This document shows, one piece after another, positions 25,368 to 39,405 of a stretch of DNA of 64,000 nucleotides (positions are counted from its first letter, which is position 1; each line of letters starts with the position of its first letter). Below the pieces are notes generated by a model, which saw only the letters and a list, made by a program, of their open reading frames with translations, was not told the DNA's origin and made no database searches. The stretch lies in NCBI GenBank assembly GCA_965235115.1, contig OZ249436.1, forward strand, positions 45,944,001 through 46,008,000. The letters run 5' to 3'. This DNA is from Laetmonice hystrix (lineage: Eukaryota). Made by a program: the position numbers and the translations under genes.

Positions 25368-28300
25368 CATGATGAGACTGGTGACACTGGTGGCACATCG
25401 GGACCTCCAACTAATGGTGTATCAACATGATGAGACTGGTGACACTGGTGACACAGCGGGACCTCCCAACTAATGGTGTATCAACATGATGAGACTGGTG
25501 ACACTGGTGACACGGCGGGACCTCCAACTAATGGTGTATCATTATGATGAGACTGGTGACACTGGTGACACAGCGGGACCTCCAACTAATGGTGTATCAA
25601 CATGATGAGACTGGTGACACTGGTGACACAGCGGGGCCTCCAACTAATGGTGTATCAACATGATGAGACTGGTGACACTGGTGACACAGCGGGACCTCCA
25701 ACTAATGGTGTATCAACATGATGAGACTGGTGACACTGGTGACACAGCGGGACCTCCAACTAATGGTGTATCAACATGATGAGACTGGTGACACTGGTGA
25801 CACAGCGGGACCTCCAACTAATGGTGTATCAACATGATGAGACTGGTGACACTGGTGACACAGCGGGACCTCCAACTAATGGTGTATCAACATGATGAGA
25901 CTGGTGACACTGGTGACACAGCGGGACCTCAAACTCATGGTGTATCAACATGATGAGACTGGTGACACTGGTGACACAGCGGGACCTCCAACTAATGGTG
26001 TATCAACATGATGACACTGGTGACACTGGTGACACAGTGGGACCTCCAACTAATGGTGTATCAACATGATGAGTGGTGACACTGGTGACACAGCGGGACC
26101 TCCAACTAATGGTGTATCAACATGATGAGACTGGTGACACTGGTGACACAGCGGGACCTCCAACTAATGGTGTATCAACATGATGAGACTGGTGACACTG
26201 GTGACACAGCGGGACCTCCAACTATAAATGGTGTATCAACATGATGAGACTGGTGACACTGGTGACACAGTGGGACCTCCAACTATAAATTGTGTATCAA
26301 CATGATGAGACTGGTGACACTGGTGACACAGTGGGACCTCCAACTAATGGTGTATCAACATGATGAGACTGGTGACACTGGTGACACAGTGGGACCTCCA
26401 ACTAATGGTGTATCAACATGATGACACTGGTGACACTGGTGACACAGTGGGACCTCCAACTAATGGTGTATCAACATGATGAGACTGGTGACACTGGTGA
26501 CACAGTGGGACCTCCAACTAATGGTGTATCAACATGATGAGACTGGTGACACTGGTGACACAGTGGGACCTCCAACTAATGGTGTATCAACATGATGAGG
26601 CTGGTGACACTGGTGACACAGCGGGACCTCCAACTAATGGTGTATCAACATGATGAGACTGGTGGTGACACTGGTGACACAGCGGGGTCTCCAACTAATG
26701 GTGTATCAACATGATGAGACTGATGGTGACACTGCATGTGACACAGCGGGACCTCCAACTAATGGTGTATCAACATGATGAGACTGGTGACACTGGGGAC
26801 ACTGGTGACACAGCGGGACCTCCAACTAATGGTGTATCAACATGATGAGACTGGTGACACTGGTGACACGGCGGGACCTCCAACTAATGGTGTATCAACA
26901 TGATGAGACTGGTGACACTGGTGACACAGCGGGACCTCCAACTAATGGTGTATCAACATGATGAGACTGACACTGGTGACACAGCGGGACCTCCAACTAA
27001 TGGTGTATCAACATGATGAGACTGGTGACACTGGTGACACAGCGGGACCTCCAACTAATGGTGTATCAACATGATGAGACTGGTGACACTGGTGACACAG
27101 CGGGACCTCCAACTAATGGTGTATCAACATGATGAGACTGGTGACACTGGTGACACAGCGGGACCTCCAACTAATGGTGTATCAACATGATGAGACTGGT
27201 GACACTGGTGACACAGCGGGGCCTCCAACTAATGGTGTATCAACATGATGAGACTGGTGACACTGGTGACACGGCGGGACCTCCAACTAATGGTGTATCA
27301 ACATGATGAGACTGGTGACACTGGTGACACAGCGGGACCTCCAACTAATGGTGTATCAACATGATGAGACTGGTGACACTGGTGACACAGCGGGACCTCC
27401 AACTAATGGTGTATCAACATGATGAGACTGGTGACACTGGTGACACAGCGGGACCTCCAACTAATGGTGTATCAACATGATGAGACTGGTGACACTGGTG
27501 ACACAGCGGGACCTCCAACTAATGGTGTATCAACATGATGAGACTGGTGACACTGGTGACACTGGTGACACAGCGGGACCTCCAACTAATGGTGTATCAA
27601 CATGATGAGACTGACACTGGTGACACAGCGGGACCTCCAACTAATGGTGTATCAACATGATGAGACTGGTGACACTGGTGACACAGCGGGACCTCCAACT
27701 AATGGTGTATCAACATGATGAGACTGGTGACACTGGTGACACAGCGGGACCTCCAACTAATGGTGTATCAACATGATGAGACTGACACTGGTGACACAGC
27801 GGGACCTCCAACTAATGGTGTATCAACATGATGAGACTGGTGACACTGGTGACACAGCGGGACCTCCAACTAATGGGGTATCAACATGATGAGACTGGTG
27901 ACACTGGTGACACAGCGGGACCTCCAACTAATGGTGTATCAACATGATGAGTCTGGTGATACTGGTGACACAGCGGGACCTCCAACTAATGGTGTATCAA
28001 CATGATGAGACTGGTGATACTGGTGACACAGCGGGACCTCCAACTAATGGTGTATCAACATGATGAGTGGTGACACTGGTGACACAGCGGGACCTCCAAC
28101 TAATGGTGTATCAACATGATGAGACTGGTGACACTGGTGACACAGCGGGACCTCCAACTAATGGTGTATCAACATGATGAGACTGACACTGGTGACACAG
28201 CGGGGCCTCCAACTAATGGTGTATCAACATGATGAGACTGGTGACACTGGTGACACAGCGGGGCCTCCAACTAATGGTGTATCAACATGATGAGACTGGT

Positions 28301-28747
28301 GACACTGGTGACACTTGTGACACAGCGGGACCTCCAACTAATGGTGTATCAACATGATGAGACTGGTGACACTGGTGACACAGCGGGACCTCCAACTAAT
28401 GGTGTATCAACATGATGACACTGGTGACACTGGTGACACAGCGGGACCTCCAACTAATGGTGTATCAACATGATGAGACTGACACTGGTGACACAGCGGG
28501 ACCTCCAACTAATGGTGTATCAACATGATGAGACTGGTGACACTGGTGACACAGCGGGACCTCCAACTAATGGTGTATCAACATGATGAGACTGGTGACA
28601 CTGGTGACACAGCGGGACCTCCAACTAATGGTGTATCAACATGATGAGACTGACACTGGTGACACAGCGGGACCTCCAACTAATGGTGTATCAACATGAT
28701 GAGACTGGTGACACTGGTGACACAGCGGGACCTCAAACTCATGGTGT
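25368..28747. repeat. 58-bp minisatellite, about 58 units
   Basis: Unit catgatgagactggtgacactggtgacacagcgggacctccaactaatggtgtatcaa, with an internal 9-bp subrepeat of variable copy number. Confidence 0.97.
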
Positions 28748-30770
28748 CGAATCTGTAGGCGTAGAATAATGAAGTATGCTTCACGTTCAGCTGTCCCCAG
28801 TGTGCCATCAAACTGTTGCTTTGGGAGAAGAGTGTGGCCGTGGGTCAGATTAGTTATTCTCTGTGAGTTTATATGGGCAAGTTGAAAGGACCCCCGGCCT
28901 CCGCCTTAAGAACTGAAAGAACTAATAGAAAGAGCGATTGAGTGTGTAGGTGGTTATACGGTGTTTTATGCTCTGTAAGCAGTATTTCTGCTAACTTCAA
29001 GATAAGAAGAGAACCTTTGAAAGTTCTTCAGTCCCTCGACTTATTGTTACCTCCGAGACCCAATGATAAACTGAGAACGAACCCCGCCACCGGTAGAACC
29101 CCCCCCCCCCCCTCGGCCTCGAAAAACGGCAACTGGTCCTTGTATATTTGTATATGGCCAGTCAGATTTACAGACACTGCGGCATATCCGAAAGCCTTTT
29201 ATGACTGGATGCGAGCCTGTGCCACTCTGATGATTCCGCAGTCCTATACTCAACCACTTCACCAAACCAGCCTTCGCCCCATTCATCCCTCAGCTCAAGA
29301 TCATATACCAGTATTTTCAGTATGATAAAAATGCATCTTGATAAAAACTGAAATATTCCGTCTCCCTCCCCTTAGTCAACCCCTGCTCATACTGACCGCC
29401 AAATCTCCACTACTATAATGATGTCGGTGCCACTTAATTAAACATTTTAATGAGAGATCAAAGGATGCAATTAACCTGCATTTACCTATCTAAATGAGCC
29501 GTTTGTGTATAAACCAATTCAAGCACCATGGATCTCAAAGCCAACATCCTTATCACTCTGTTGTCTCCTGTTCCATGAAATATCGTCCTATTTATTTATA
29601 TTATCTATTTTAAAAATCATTTGGGAAACTTGGAAACCAACAGTGCTGTTCATTGTTTGCCAAATACATCCTGTGTTAGCGTTTCATCGTAAAATCACCA
29701 ATATGTTCTCTCACGACATGAAGCTGTTCCATGAAGTAAAGGTCACAAAAGGACGAAGAGAAGCCCTCGGGTTCTCTCGTCTCTCGCCATTTGTAACCAT
29801 GAAGAATACCTTGATGGGGCCGTAATGCACACACTATTATTTCCTGCGCTTTTACGGCGGTCTATTCGTGGTTGTCGACGTGTACCATGTCGAAACTTTG
29901 TAGTTATTGTGATTGAACACGGTACGTGACTGCACCTCGGGCCGTTCATGTAACCACCTCATCGAGTGGCTTCATCCCACGCCGAGAACTAGAAATACTG
30001 AGGTGCCCACAGGTTTTAACTCCACATTCACGCCACACTTTGGTGGTACTGAGGGGTCACTGGGGGTTAGCGTTTCCATGTAGATTATGACTACTGCTGA
30101 CACGGTATGGAAAATGGACAATTCCATCTCATAGTCACGCCATTGAATTGGTGAGAATCAAGGACTTATTCCATCAGCGTGCGGGCAGATAACTTTCCAC
30201 GGCGGCATGTATAAATTAAATCAAATGAATAAAAGGAGGGGACAGACTGATGAGTAAATATACAGAGATAGGTATTTGTTGACTGAAGAATGTTCTGTCT
30301 GTTCCCATTCCTTGACTTGGGCGATGAAAGGAGTTGTTTATTGATGGTCAGCGGAAGCCGTGTACCGCACAAAGTTAGCGCCTTGAAGTGGTCTCTATGC
30401 CCCAGGGAAGCGGGTGTTCGGCAAGGTTACACCTCACAGTGAACCAGGTTGAAGAAGTCATCAAAGTTTAATGTTATGCACTTTTTACGTGATCTCTTCC
30501 CGACTTTCCAACTGGTGCTATGTTTATGACGGGAAGAACAAGGCAGGAGCAGAGACTTTCTCGCTTTGAGATACGGGCCTGTTTAAAAGATACATCAAAG
30601 GGGGCTGGTTGTCTACCAGAAAAAGGACCCAAACATCACGCGACGCCAACCTCATGAAGAAAACCGGTCTATACGACTGATGAAAATAGGAATTCCTTAC
30701 AGTCACCATCAACATATTCCTTACGGTATCCGAGATCTGCTTCTCCAAGTCCTCGTCAAAACAGATGGCA

Positions 30771-30823
30771 TTATGGCCCCGGATGCCGACACGGCGTAAA
30801 ACCACCACTACTCACTCATTCAC
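30771..30823 (+). mobile_element. 3' tail remnant of a SINE or LINE
   Basis: tatggccccggatgccgacacggcgtaaaacc plus an (ACTC) tail resembles the 3' end of the SINE at 59238-59503 (tatgaccctggctgttgcaaggcgtaaaacc plus an ACCC tail). Confidence 0.55.
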
Positions 30824-32423
30824 TTCTCCTACAACTGTTTAAGTGCTGATGAGCAGAATCAGATTATGACGATGTAGAATTAATGATAAATTATGTTGAT
30901 TGGGAAAGACGGTGGAACTGTTTAACAAATACCAGTTGACATATTGTAGACACTGATACTTTTTATTAAACGTAATCCTAGCGGTGACGGCATGAAACTC
31001 TCCCCAATGGGAATTACGCTTCCTTATAATGGACCTGTGGTCCGGAAGTCGATCGAGATCAACACTTCCGGCAAGTCAATGGGAAAACTGATGAGTGTTT
31101 TCCGCAGGGAGTTTGCCTAAACAGCCGACGCGGCGGTATCGGGCCCGGTAACAGCCCCCCCCCCCCCGTCGGAAAGTAACGGCTTCTTAAAAGGGCCCCA
31201 CAACAATAGCCGTGTTCATCTAGGATAGTTGCATTCAGTTAACAGCATTCCCCAAAATGTGGTTGTTATTCCGTTGCGGCCGCAAGAACCTTGCGAGAGT
31301 GGAGCTATAAAAACCCCAGAACCACAAGAGGCGCAATGGTGCTTCTAGCGGCCAGCGGCCGGCCGCTAGAATATAAAAAAAATTAGATATTGTCGTAAGG
31401 AATCGTGCAGCTTGTACCTCTTGCAGCTATTGTGGAGCTGCAAAGATCTATGCAAGAACATTCGCGCCGCAATGGCGGGAGAATGCATCATCCAATCAGA
31501 GACCAGAGATGAAGTCACATGATCCAGACTTGACAAGTCAGTATGGCCATGCGCCTTTCTCTGATTCAAACCTTGACAGAACAAAAGAGTTCACATTTTC
31601 AGTCACAGTTCTATGCACAAAAGCTATTTTAAATATTTCTCCCAGGGGGCCCCGGGCCACTTGCTATCATTCCTATAGTATCATGTGTGGACATCAGACC
31701 TAATTTGGTACCCTAACCACAGACCTAAGACCTGAAAAAATCCTAGATCCGGGCCTGCACTCTGTCTTGTAGGTATGATTTTTAAATTTGGCAATAGCAA
31801 TTCAAAATATAGTACAAATATACAATTATGATAGAATGAACTAGATGAAGGGGGTGGTGTAAACTGCAAGAACCCTGCCTCACAATAGCTGTGCTGATGG
31901 AGCATAGCCTTTAGGAACAACACCAAAATCATCGCGGATAAATTTGATTTCCGCTCCATTATCAAGAAGAATGTTTGTGTGCGGTCGTCTTCAAACATCC
32001 GCAACCAGACACATGAAAGTGATCATCTATATGACAATCAACTTGATCAATTTCAGCTGATTGTCAAATTTCAATTTAGAACGCATTGCATCTAAAACCG
32101 ACGTAACGGCCCTGCACCACCAGAAGTAATGTCTGGTCCCTAAATGGCGACACCCAACACATCATAATTATATCCAAGTTTCCCAGGACATTTTACATTA
32201 AGAAAGTATAGGCATATATATTTCAGTATACATTACGCTAGAATTATACCCCTAGAGTATTGCCAAACCTCGTCCTCTTGGAGTCTGCACAGAATCCAGC
32301 CTTAAATGATATATGTTTTCCTGAGTAGACATACCTACTGATGTCCTATCTCGGGAGAATATTATGATTATATATTAAGCTCTAGAGAATAATAAATCTG
32401 CAAGTGTTCCTTGCGAAAAGATA

Positions 32424-32548
32424 GGATTGTATTATGCTCTATATCAGACTATACATAGCATCCCGAGTAAAGGGTTGCGTACGTTTAGATAAGATTGTAT
32501 TATGCTCTATATCAGACTATACATAGCATCCCGAGTAAAGGGTTGCGT
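32424..32548. repeat. About 69-bp tandem duplication
   Basis: gattgtattatgctctatatcagactatacatagcatcccgagtaaagggttgcgta occurs twice. Confidence 0.85.
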
Positions 32549-33097
32549 ATATATATGTTTAGATATCTGGACTCCATCCAATAAGTTCAGGTTCGTTATC
32601 CTTCTCGGGACCACTAAACTGGAATCTTGCGGTGTCCAGGGCTCACGTGTTCTGACAGATTTTATATGGTAGATGTTGAACTTCTATGATGTTTATTGAA
32701 ATAATAGGAAGTCTACATCCATCATCCCGCGTGGTACAGCTCAATCACCGGAAGTTCGCTACATGCGTACGGGTGAAAGATTTCTCCCTCTAAAACTCTT
32801 AATACTACTGTCACATCACACCAGTAGATGGCCACACACGACTTAAACCGGAAGTCCGGTTTCTTTTGCCCAGTACAATTGACTTTGGCTGAGGTGTAAC
32901 TCCCTTGCTGCGACCTACCACTTCCTCTAAATGAGTTTTGCTATAATAATCCACTGATGTCTTGTATATTTGAGTTCAGGGAAGAACGAGTTGTCAAATG
33001 AGTAACTCCCACAGTGCTCCGAGACAAGTCCTATTATGAAACCAATACCAGCCAACTTTACACTAAGTATGTACCTACATACCTAGAGTTACGACCA

Positions 33098-33228
33098 GGG
33101 TCCAGTTTTTCAAAAATTCCCAACTTAAGTAAAGCTTACTTAAGTAAACTGACAGGCTCTGATTGACTGGTCTGCTTAGGCCAGACAATCAGAATCCTGT
33201 TGGTTTACTTAAGTAAGCTTTACTCCAG
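33098..33228. mobile_element. PIF/Harbinger-like palindromic MITE fragment (second copy)
   Basis: Starts GGGTCCAGTTTTTCAAA; same central palindrome as 23315-23430, in the reverse orientation. Confidence 0.65.
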
Positions 33229-33464
33229 GCCTAGGCCTAGGCTTGCTTCTAAGTTAGAACCCCTCTTGAAGGGATCCGTTCCTATATGGTACGTCATCGG
33301 GTTCTCAGTCCTGCCGTTGTATGTGGGCCAGGTGTTAGTGATAGGATGTGCCTGGGAACTAGTCCTGAACCATGTCTGCGCAGCAGGAATGTTTATGATC
33401 CGTGCTGCCGAATTGTTGTATACCAATTTCCATTGCCCAAAACCATTTATCGATCCCAGGAAAT

Positions 33465-36400
33465 AGGTCAGCCAAGGACAGCTCAAACTCTATCTCCAGA
33501 CTGTAGACAGGAATCTATGTAAGGAGTGATATCATGTAAGGCAGCCGTCACAGGGTTTAGGTCAGCCAAGGACAACCCAAACTCTATCTCCACAACTGTA
33601 GACAGGAATCTATGTAAGGAGTGATATCATGTAAGGCAGCCGTCACAGGGTTTAGGTCAGCCAAGGACAACTCAAACTCTATCTCCACAACTGTAGACAG
33701 GAATCTATGTAAGGAGCGATATGTAAGGCAGCCTTCACAGGGTTTAGGTCAGCCAAGGACAACCCAAACTCTATCTCCAACTGTAGACAGGAATCTATGT
33801 AAGAAGTGATATGTAAGGCAGCCGTCACCGGGTTTAGGTCAGCCAAGGACAACCCAAACTCTATCTCCAGACTGTAGACAGGAATCTATGTAAGGAGTGA
33901 TATGTAAGGCAGCCGTCACCGGGTTTAGGTCAGCCAAGGACAACCCAAACTCTATCTCCACAACTGTAGACAGGAATCTATGTAAGGAGTGATATGTAAG
34001 GCAGCCGTCACCGGGTTTAGGTCAGGCAAGGACAACCCAAACTCTATCCCCAACTGTAGACAGGAATCTATGTAAGGAGTGATATGTAAGGCAGCCGTCA
34101 CCGGGTTTAGGTCAGCCAAGGACAACCCAAACTCTATCTCCACAACTGTAGACGGGAATCTATGTAAGGAGCGATATGTAAGGCAGCCGTCGCCGGGTTT
34201 AGGTCAGCCAAGGACAACTCAAACTCTATCTCCACAACTGTAGACAGGAATCTAAGGAGTGATATCATGTAAGGCAGCCGTCACAGGGTTTAGGTCAGCC
34301 AAGGACAACCCAAACTCTATCTCCACAACTGTAGACAGAAATCTATGTAAGTAGTGATATCATGTAAGGCAGCCGTCACAGGGTTTAGGTCAGCCAAGGA
34401 CAACTCAAACTGTATCTCCAACTGTAGACAGAAATCTATGTAAGGAGCGATATGTAAGGCAGCCGTCACAGGGTTTAGGTCAGCCAAGGACAACCCAAAC
34501 TCTATCTCCAGACTGTAGACAGGAATCTATGTAAGGAGTGATATCATGTAAGGCAGCCGTCACGGGGTTTAGGTCAGCCAAGGACAACCCAAACTCTATC
34601 TCCCCAACTGTAGACAGGAATCTATGTAAGGAGTGATATCATGTAAGGCAGCCGTCACAGGGTTTAGGTCAGCCAAGGACAACTCAAACTGTATCTCCAA
34701 CTGTAGACAGAAATCTATGTAAGGAGCGATATGTAAGGCAGCCGTCACAGGGTTTAGGTCAGCCAAGGACAACTCAAACTGTATCTCCAACTGTAGACAG
34801 GAATCTATGTAAGGAGCGATATGTAAGGCAGCCGTCACAGGGTTTAGGTTAGCCAAGGACAACCCAAACTCTATCTCCACAACTGTAGACAGGAATCTAT
34901 GTAAGGAGCGATATGTAAGGCAGCCGTCACAGGGTTTAGGTCAGCCAAGGACAACCCAAACTCTATCTCCAACTGTAGACAGGAATCTATGTAAGGAGTG
35001 ATATGTAAGGCAGCCGTCACCGGGTTTAGGTCAGCCAAGGACAACCCAAACTCTATCTCCACAACTGTAGACAGGAATCTATGTAAGGAGCGATATGTAA
35101 GGCAGCCGTCACCGGGTTTAGGTCAGCCAAGGACAACTCAAACTCTATCTCCACAACTGTAGACAGGAATCTATGTAAGGAGTGATATCATGTAAGGCAG
35201 CCGTCACAGGGTTTAGGTCAGCCAAGGACAACTCAAACTGTATCTCCAACTGTAGACAGAAATCTATGTAAGGAGCGATATGTAAGGCAGCCGTCACAGG
35301 GTTTAGGTCAGCCAAGGACAACCCAAACTCTATCTCCAGACTGTAGACAGGAATCTATGTAAGGAGTGATATCATGTAAGGCAGCCGTCACGGGGTTTAG
35401 GTCAGCCAAAGACAACCCAAACTCTATCTCCAGACTGTAGACAGAAATCTATGTAAGGAGCGATATGTAAGGCAGCCGTCACAGGGTTTAGGTCAGCCAA
35501 GGACAACCCAAACTCTATCTCCAGACTGTAGACAGGAATCTATGTAAGGAGTGATATCATGTAAGGCAGCCGTCACAGGGTTTAGGTCAGCCAAGGGCAA
35601 CTCAAACTGTAGCTCCACAACTGTAGACAGGAATCTATGTAAGGAGTGATATGTAAGGCAGCCGTCACAGGGTTTAGGTCAGCCAAGGACAACCCAAACT
35701 CTATCTCCACAACTGTAGACAGGGATCTATGTAAGGAGTGATATCATGTAAGGCAGCCGTCACAGGGTTTAGGTCAGCCAAGGACAACCCAAACTCTATC
35801 TCCAGACTGTAGACAGGAATCTATGTAAGGAGTGATATCATATAAGGCAGCCGTCACGGGGTTTAGGTCAGCCAAGGACAACCCAAACTCTATCTCCAGA
35901 CTGTAGACAGAAATCTATGTAAGGAGCGATATGTAAGGCAGCCGTCACAGGGTTTAGGTCAGCCAAGGACAACCCAAACTCTATCTCCAGACTGTAGACA
36001 GGAATCTATGTAAGGAGTGATATCATGTAAGGCAGCCATCACAGGGTTTAGGTCAGCCAAGGGCAACTCAAACTGTAGCTCCACAACTGTAGACAGGAAT
36101 CTATGTAAGGAGTGATATGTAAGGCAGCCGTCACAGGGTTTAGGTCAGCCAAGGACAACCCAAACTCTATCTCCACAACTGTAGACAGGGATCTATGTAA
36201 GGAGTGATATCATGTAAAGCAGCCGTCACAGGGTTTAGGTCAGCCAAGGACAACTCAAACTGTATCTCCAACTGTAGACAGAAATCTATGTAAGGAGCGA
36301 TATGTAAGGCAGCCGTCACAGGGTTTAGGTCAGCCAAGGACAACCCAAACTCTATCTCCAGACTGTAGACAGGAATCTATGTAAGGAGTGATATCATATA

Positions 36401-37163
36401 AGGCAGCCGCCACAGGGTTTAGGTCAGCCAAGGACAACTCAAACTCTATCTCCACAACTGTAGACAGGAATCTATGTAAGGAGCGATATGTAAGGCAGCC
36501 GTCACAGGGTTTAGGTCAGCCAAGGACAACTCAAACTATATCTCCACAACTGTAGACAGGAATCTATGTAAGGAGTGATATGTAAGGCAGCCGTCACGGG
36601 GTTTAGGTCAGCCAAGGACAACTCAAACTCTATCTCCACAACTGTAGACAGGAATCTATGTAAGGAGTGATATCATGTAAGGCAGCCGTCACAGGGTTTA
36701 GGTCAGCCAAGGACAACTCAAACTCTATCTCCACAACTGTAGACAGGAATCTATGTAAGGAGTGATATCATATAAGGCAGCCGTCATAGGGTTTAGGTCT
36801 GCCAAGGACAGCTCAAACTCTATCTCCAGACTGTAGACAGGAATCTATGTAAGGAGCGATATGTAAGGCAGCCGTCACAGGGTTTAGGTCAGCCAAGGAC
36901 AGCTCAAACTCTATCTCCAGACTGTAGACAGGAATCTATGTAAGGAGCGATATGTAAGGCAGCCGTCACAGGGTTTAGGTCAGCCAAGGACAGCTCAAAC
37001 TCTATCTCCAGACTGTAGACAGGAATCTATGTAAGGAGCGATATGTAAGGCAGCCGTCACAGGGTTTAGGTCAGCCAAGGACAACCCAAACTCTATCTCC
37101 AACTGTAAACAGGAATCTATGTAAGGAGTGATATGTAAGGCAGCCCTCACAGGGTTTAGGTCA
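33465..37163. repeat. 90-95 bp minisatellite, about 40 units
   Basis: Unit taggtcagccaaggacaac(c/t)caaactctatctcc(ac)aactgtagacaggaatctatgtaaggagtgata(tca)tgtaaggcagccgtcacagggtt. Confidence 0.97.
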
Positions 37164-37759
37164 ATTTCTGCGGAGTCGTCAGCCTTTCAAGATCCCTTCC
37201 ATTCAGTTTGGCTGCTTACAGCTGTGTGGGAGATAGTATGACGCGAAGACTATTTGTAACGTTCACAATTGTATTAAAAAAAGTTGATATTCCTTATAGA
37301 CGCAATACTTCGTGCGTCATTCAGGGGCATTGTAAGCCACAGCGCTGACTACAGTTCTTCAGAGTTTATATAGGCGGCGCCACCTTCATGGAGGAACGCA
37401 GTTTGAGAACACACAAAGAGTCGACGTGACATTTTTTACGAAGAACAAAAACCCTTCGTGAATCACACTCATTCCTGGGCCGTTTCTTTGGTGTATCGTT
37501 GATCATGTTTTTTTAAATACTTTTTATGGCGTTACTTATGGCTTTATTAGACCTTGAGGACAAATGGTCAGCCTGCGTTCAGCCGTCTGTTATAAGTCAC
37601 TTTTCCCGACCGTAAACCACCACAGTTAAAGCCCATCCGAGGGGGGGGGGGTCTACCGAGGGGGGGGGGGAGTCTACCGGGGAACCGCCCCAGGGAACTA
37701 GATCAATCAGTCATGTGACCTGTAATGTTAAAATTTCATCTACTCTTCTTTACACCTTC

Positions 37760-38015
37760 TGTACAAAGGTTCCCCACCAATTTTAGGCAAAGGTACTCCA
37801 CATATTTTATACCAGAGAATACCATGTTTTTCCAAGGGATTTCCAACAATTTTATATAAGGGTTCTCCACCAATTGTATGCAAGGGTTCTCCACCAATTT
37901 TATACAAGGGTTCTCCACCAATTTTATACAAGGGTTCTCCACCAATTTTATACAAGGGTTCTCCACCAATTGTATGCAAGGGTTCTCCACCAATTTTATA
38001 CAAGGGATCCACCCC
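37760..38015. repeat. 24-bp minisatellite, degenerate on its left side
   Basis: Unit ccaattttatacaagggttctcca. Confidence 0.9.
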
Positions 38016-38975
38016 AATTCCAGTTAGCAAGACTCGGTGTGCCACACAAGCCGAGATAACATAAAACAAACCGTCAGACGGAGAGGAACGCATACGTAAT
38101 TTTATCAGTGTTCACCATGGCTGAACCTTTCGTATATAAAATAAACTGGCTCGGGCCATGCTCACCAGTGGTAAATGTAGAAAACGTTAGGCTCCAGAAA
38201 CTACGTACAGTAAAGGCACGAGCAGCGGAAACGTTACTTGCCGAGTGAACTTACAGCTGGCCAGAAAGTAAGCAACCTCATTTTAGAGCAGATCCCCATT
38301 TCTCCTCTATTATTGCCATCACATGTGATAAATGATGACTCACTATGACTCACAAGTTCAACTATGTAAATTTAGAATCGCCATAGAGTAGTTTAGAAAC
38401 ATGTGAAACTTAAATATCAGGATGCTTTACCTCCATTTGTGAAATAGCACACATTATCTGAAAGATAAATGTTTTTTATGATATTGATGGCAGCCAGTTC
38501 TCCCTCAAAGGCCCTCTCGTGTACTTTCTCTAATGTTATCGATCCCCACACTTTTGCGTGTCAATTACATTTGGAAAATTTCGGGACTGTTCATTGTGCT
38601 TCAAACTTTTTAAAATAAATTGTGTGAAATGAATTGGAGAGTCACGTTTTAAATAAAAAAAACATTCACCCACATCTGCTTGTCGATAGAAAAGTGAGGA
38701 TCAGAGCCAAATTTGTGAAATAGTGTTCTTTTCTTGACTTCTTTCATTTTATTTTCATACCCTTTCATTCAAGCAAGCAAAATCCAAGATGAATCGCAAT
38801 GCTAATTAAAAGTTAGAGTTGAATTTGTTATTGTTTTAGGTACGACAGCTCCCTTAACATTTGTAATCCATCAAAGTCTTCGTTTTAGGGAACTTTTTCT
38901 GTTCTTGTAGGACACTTTTCAGAGCGAGTAATTAATGCACTTTATCATAGATCCACTCACCATAAAATTGAGGCC

Positions 38976-39405
38976 AAAGTGAATATTGCTTCAGTATTTC
39001 ATGGTGAAAGCGACTGCACATTCAGTCTTATACACCGTATAAAGTGAATATTCCTTGAGTATTATATGTCATGGTAAAAGCGACTGCACATTCAGTCTTA
39101 GACACCGTATAAAGTGAATATTCCTTCAGTATTATAATGTCACGGTGAAAGCGACTGCACATTCAGTCTTATACACCGTTATAAGTGAATATTCCTTCAG
39201 TATTATATTTCATGGTGAAAGCGACTGCACATTCAGTCTTAGACACCGTATAAAGTGAATATTCCTTCAGTATTATAATGTCATGGTGAAAGCGACTGCA
39301 CATTCAGTCTTATACACCGTTATAAGTGAATATTCCTTCAGTATTATATGTCATGGTGAAAGCGACTGCATATTCAGTCTTATACACCGTATAAAGTGAA
39401 TATTG
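38976..39405. repeat. About 70-bp minisatellite, about 6 units
   Basis: Unit aaagtgaatattccttcagtattata.tgtcatggtgaaagcgactgcacattcagtcttatacaccgtat. Confidence 0.95.

Noticed and set aside
30425..30510. EF-hand-like peptide TLNFDDFFNLV on the minus strand
   Set aside because: Lacks the preceding D-x-D-x-D-G loop and convincing splice sites.
37736..38093. ORFs with (IGGEPLYK)n or (LVENPCIK)n repeats
   Set aside because: Open in several frames because the unit is 24 bp; no splice or homology support.
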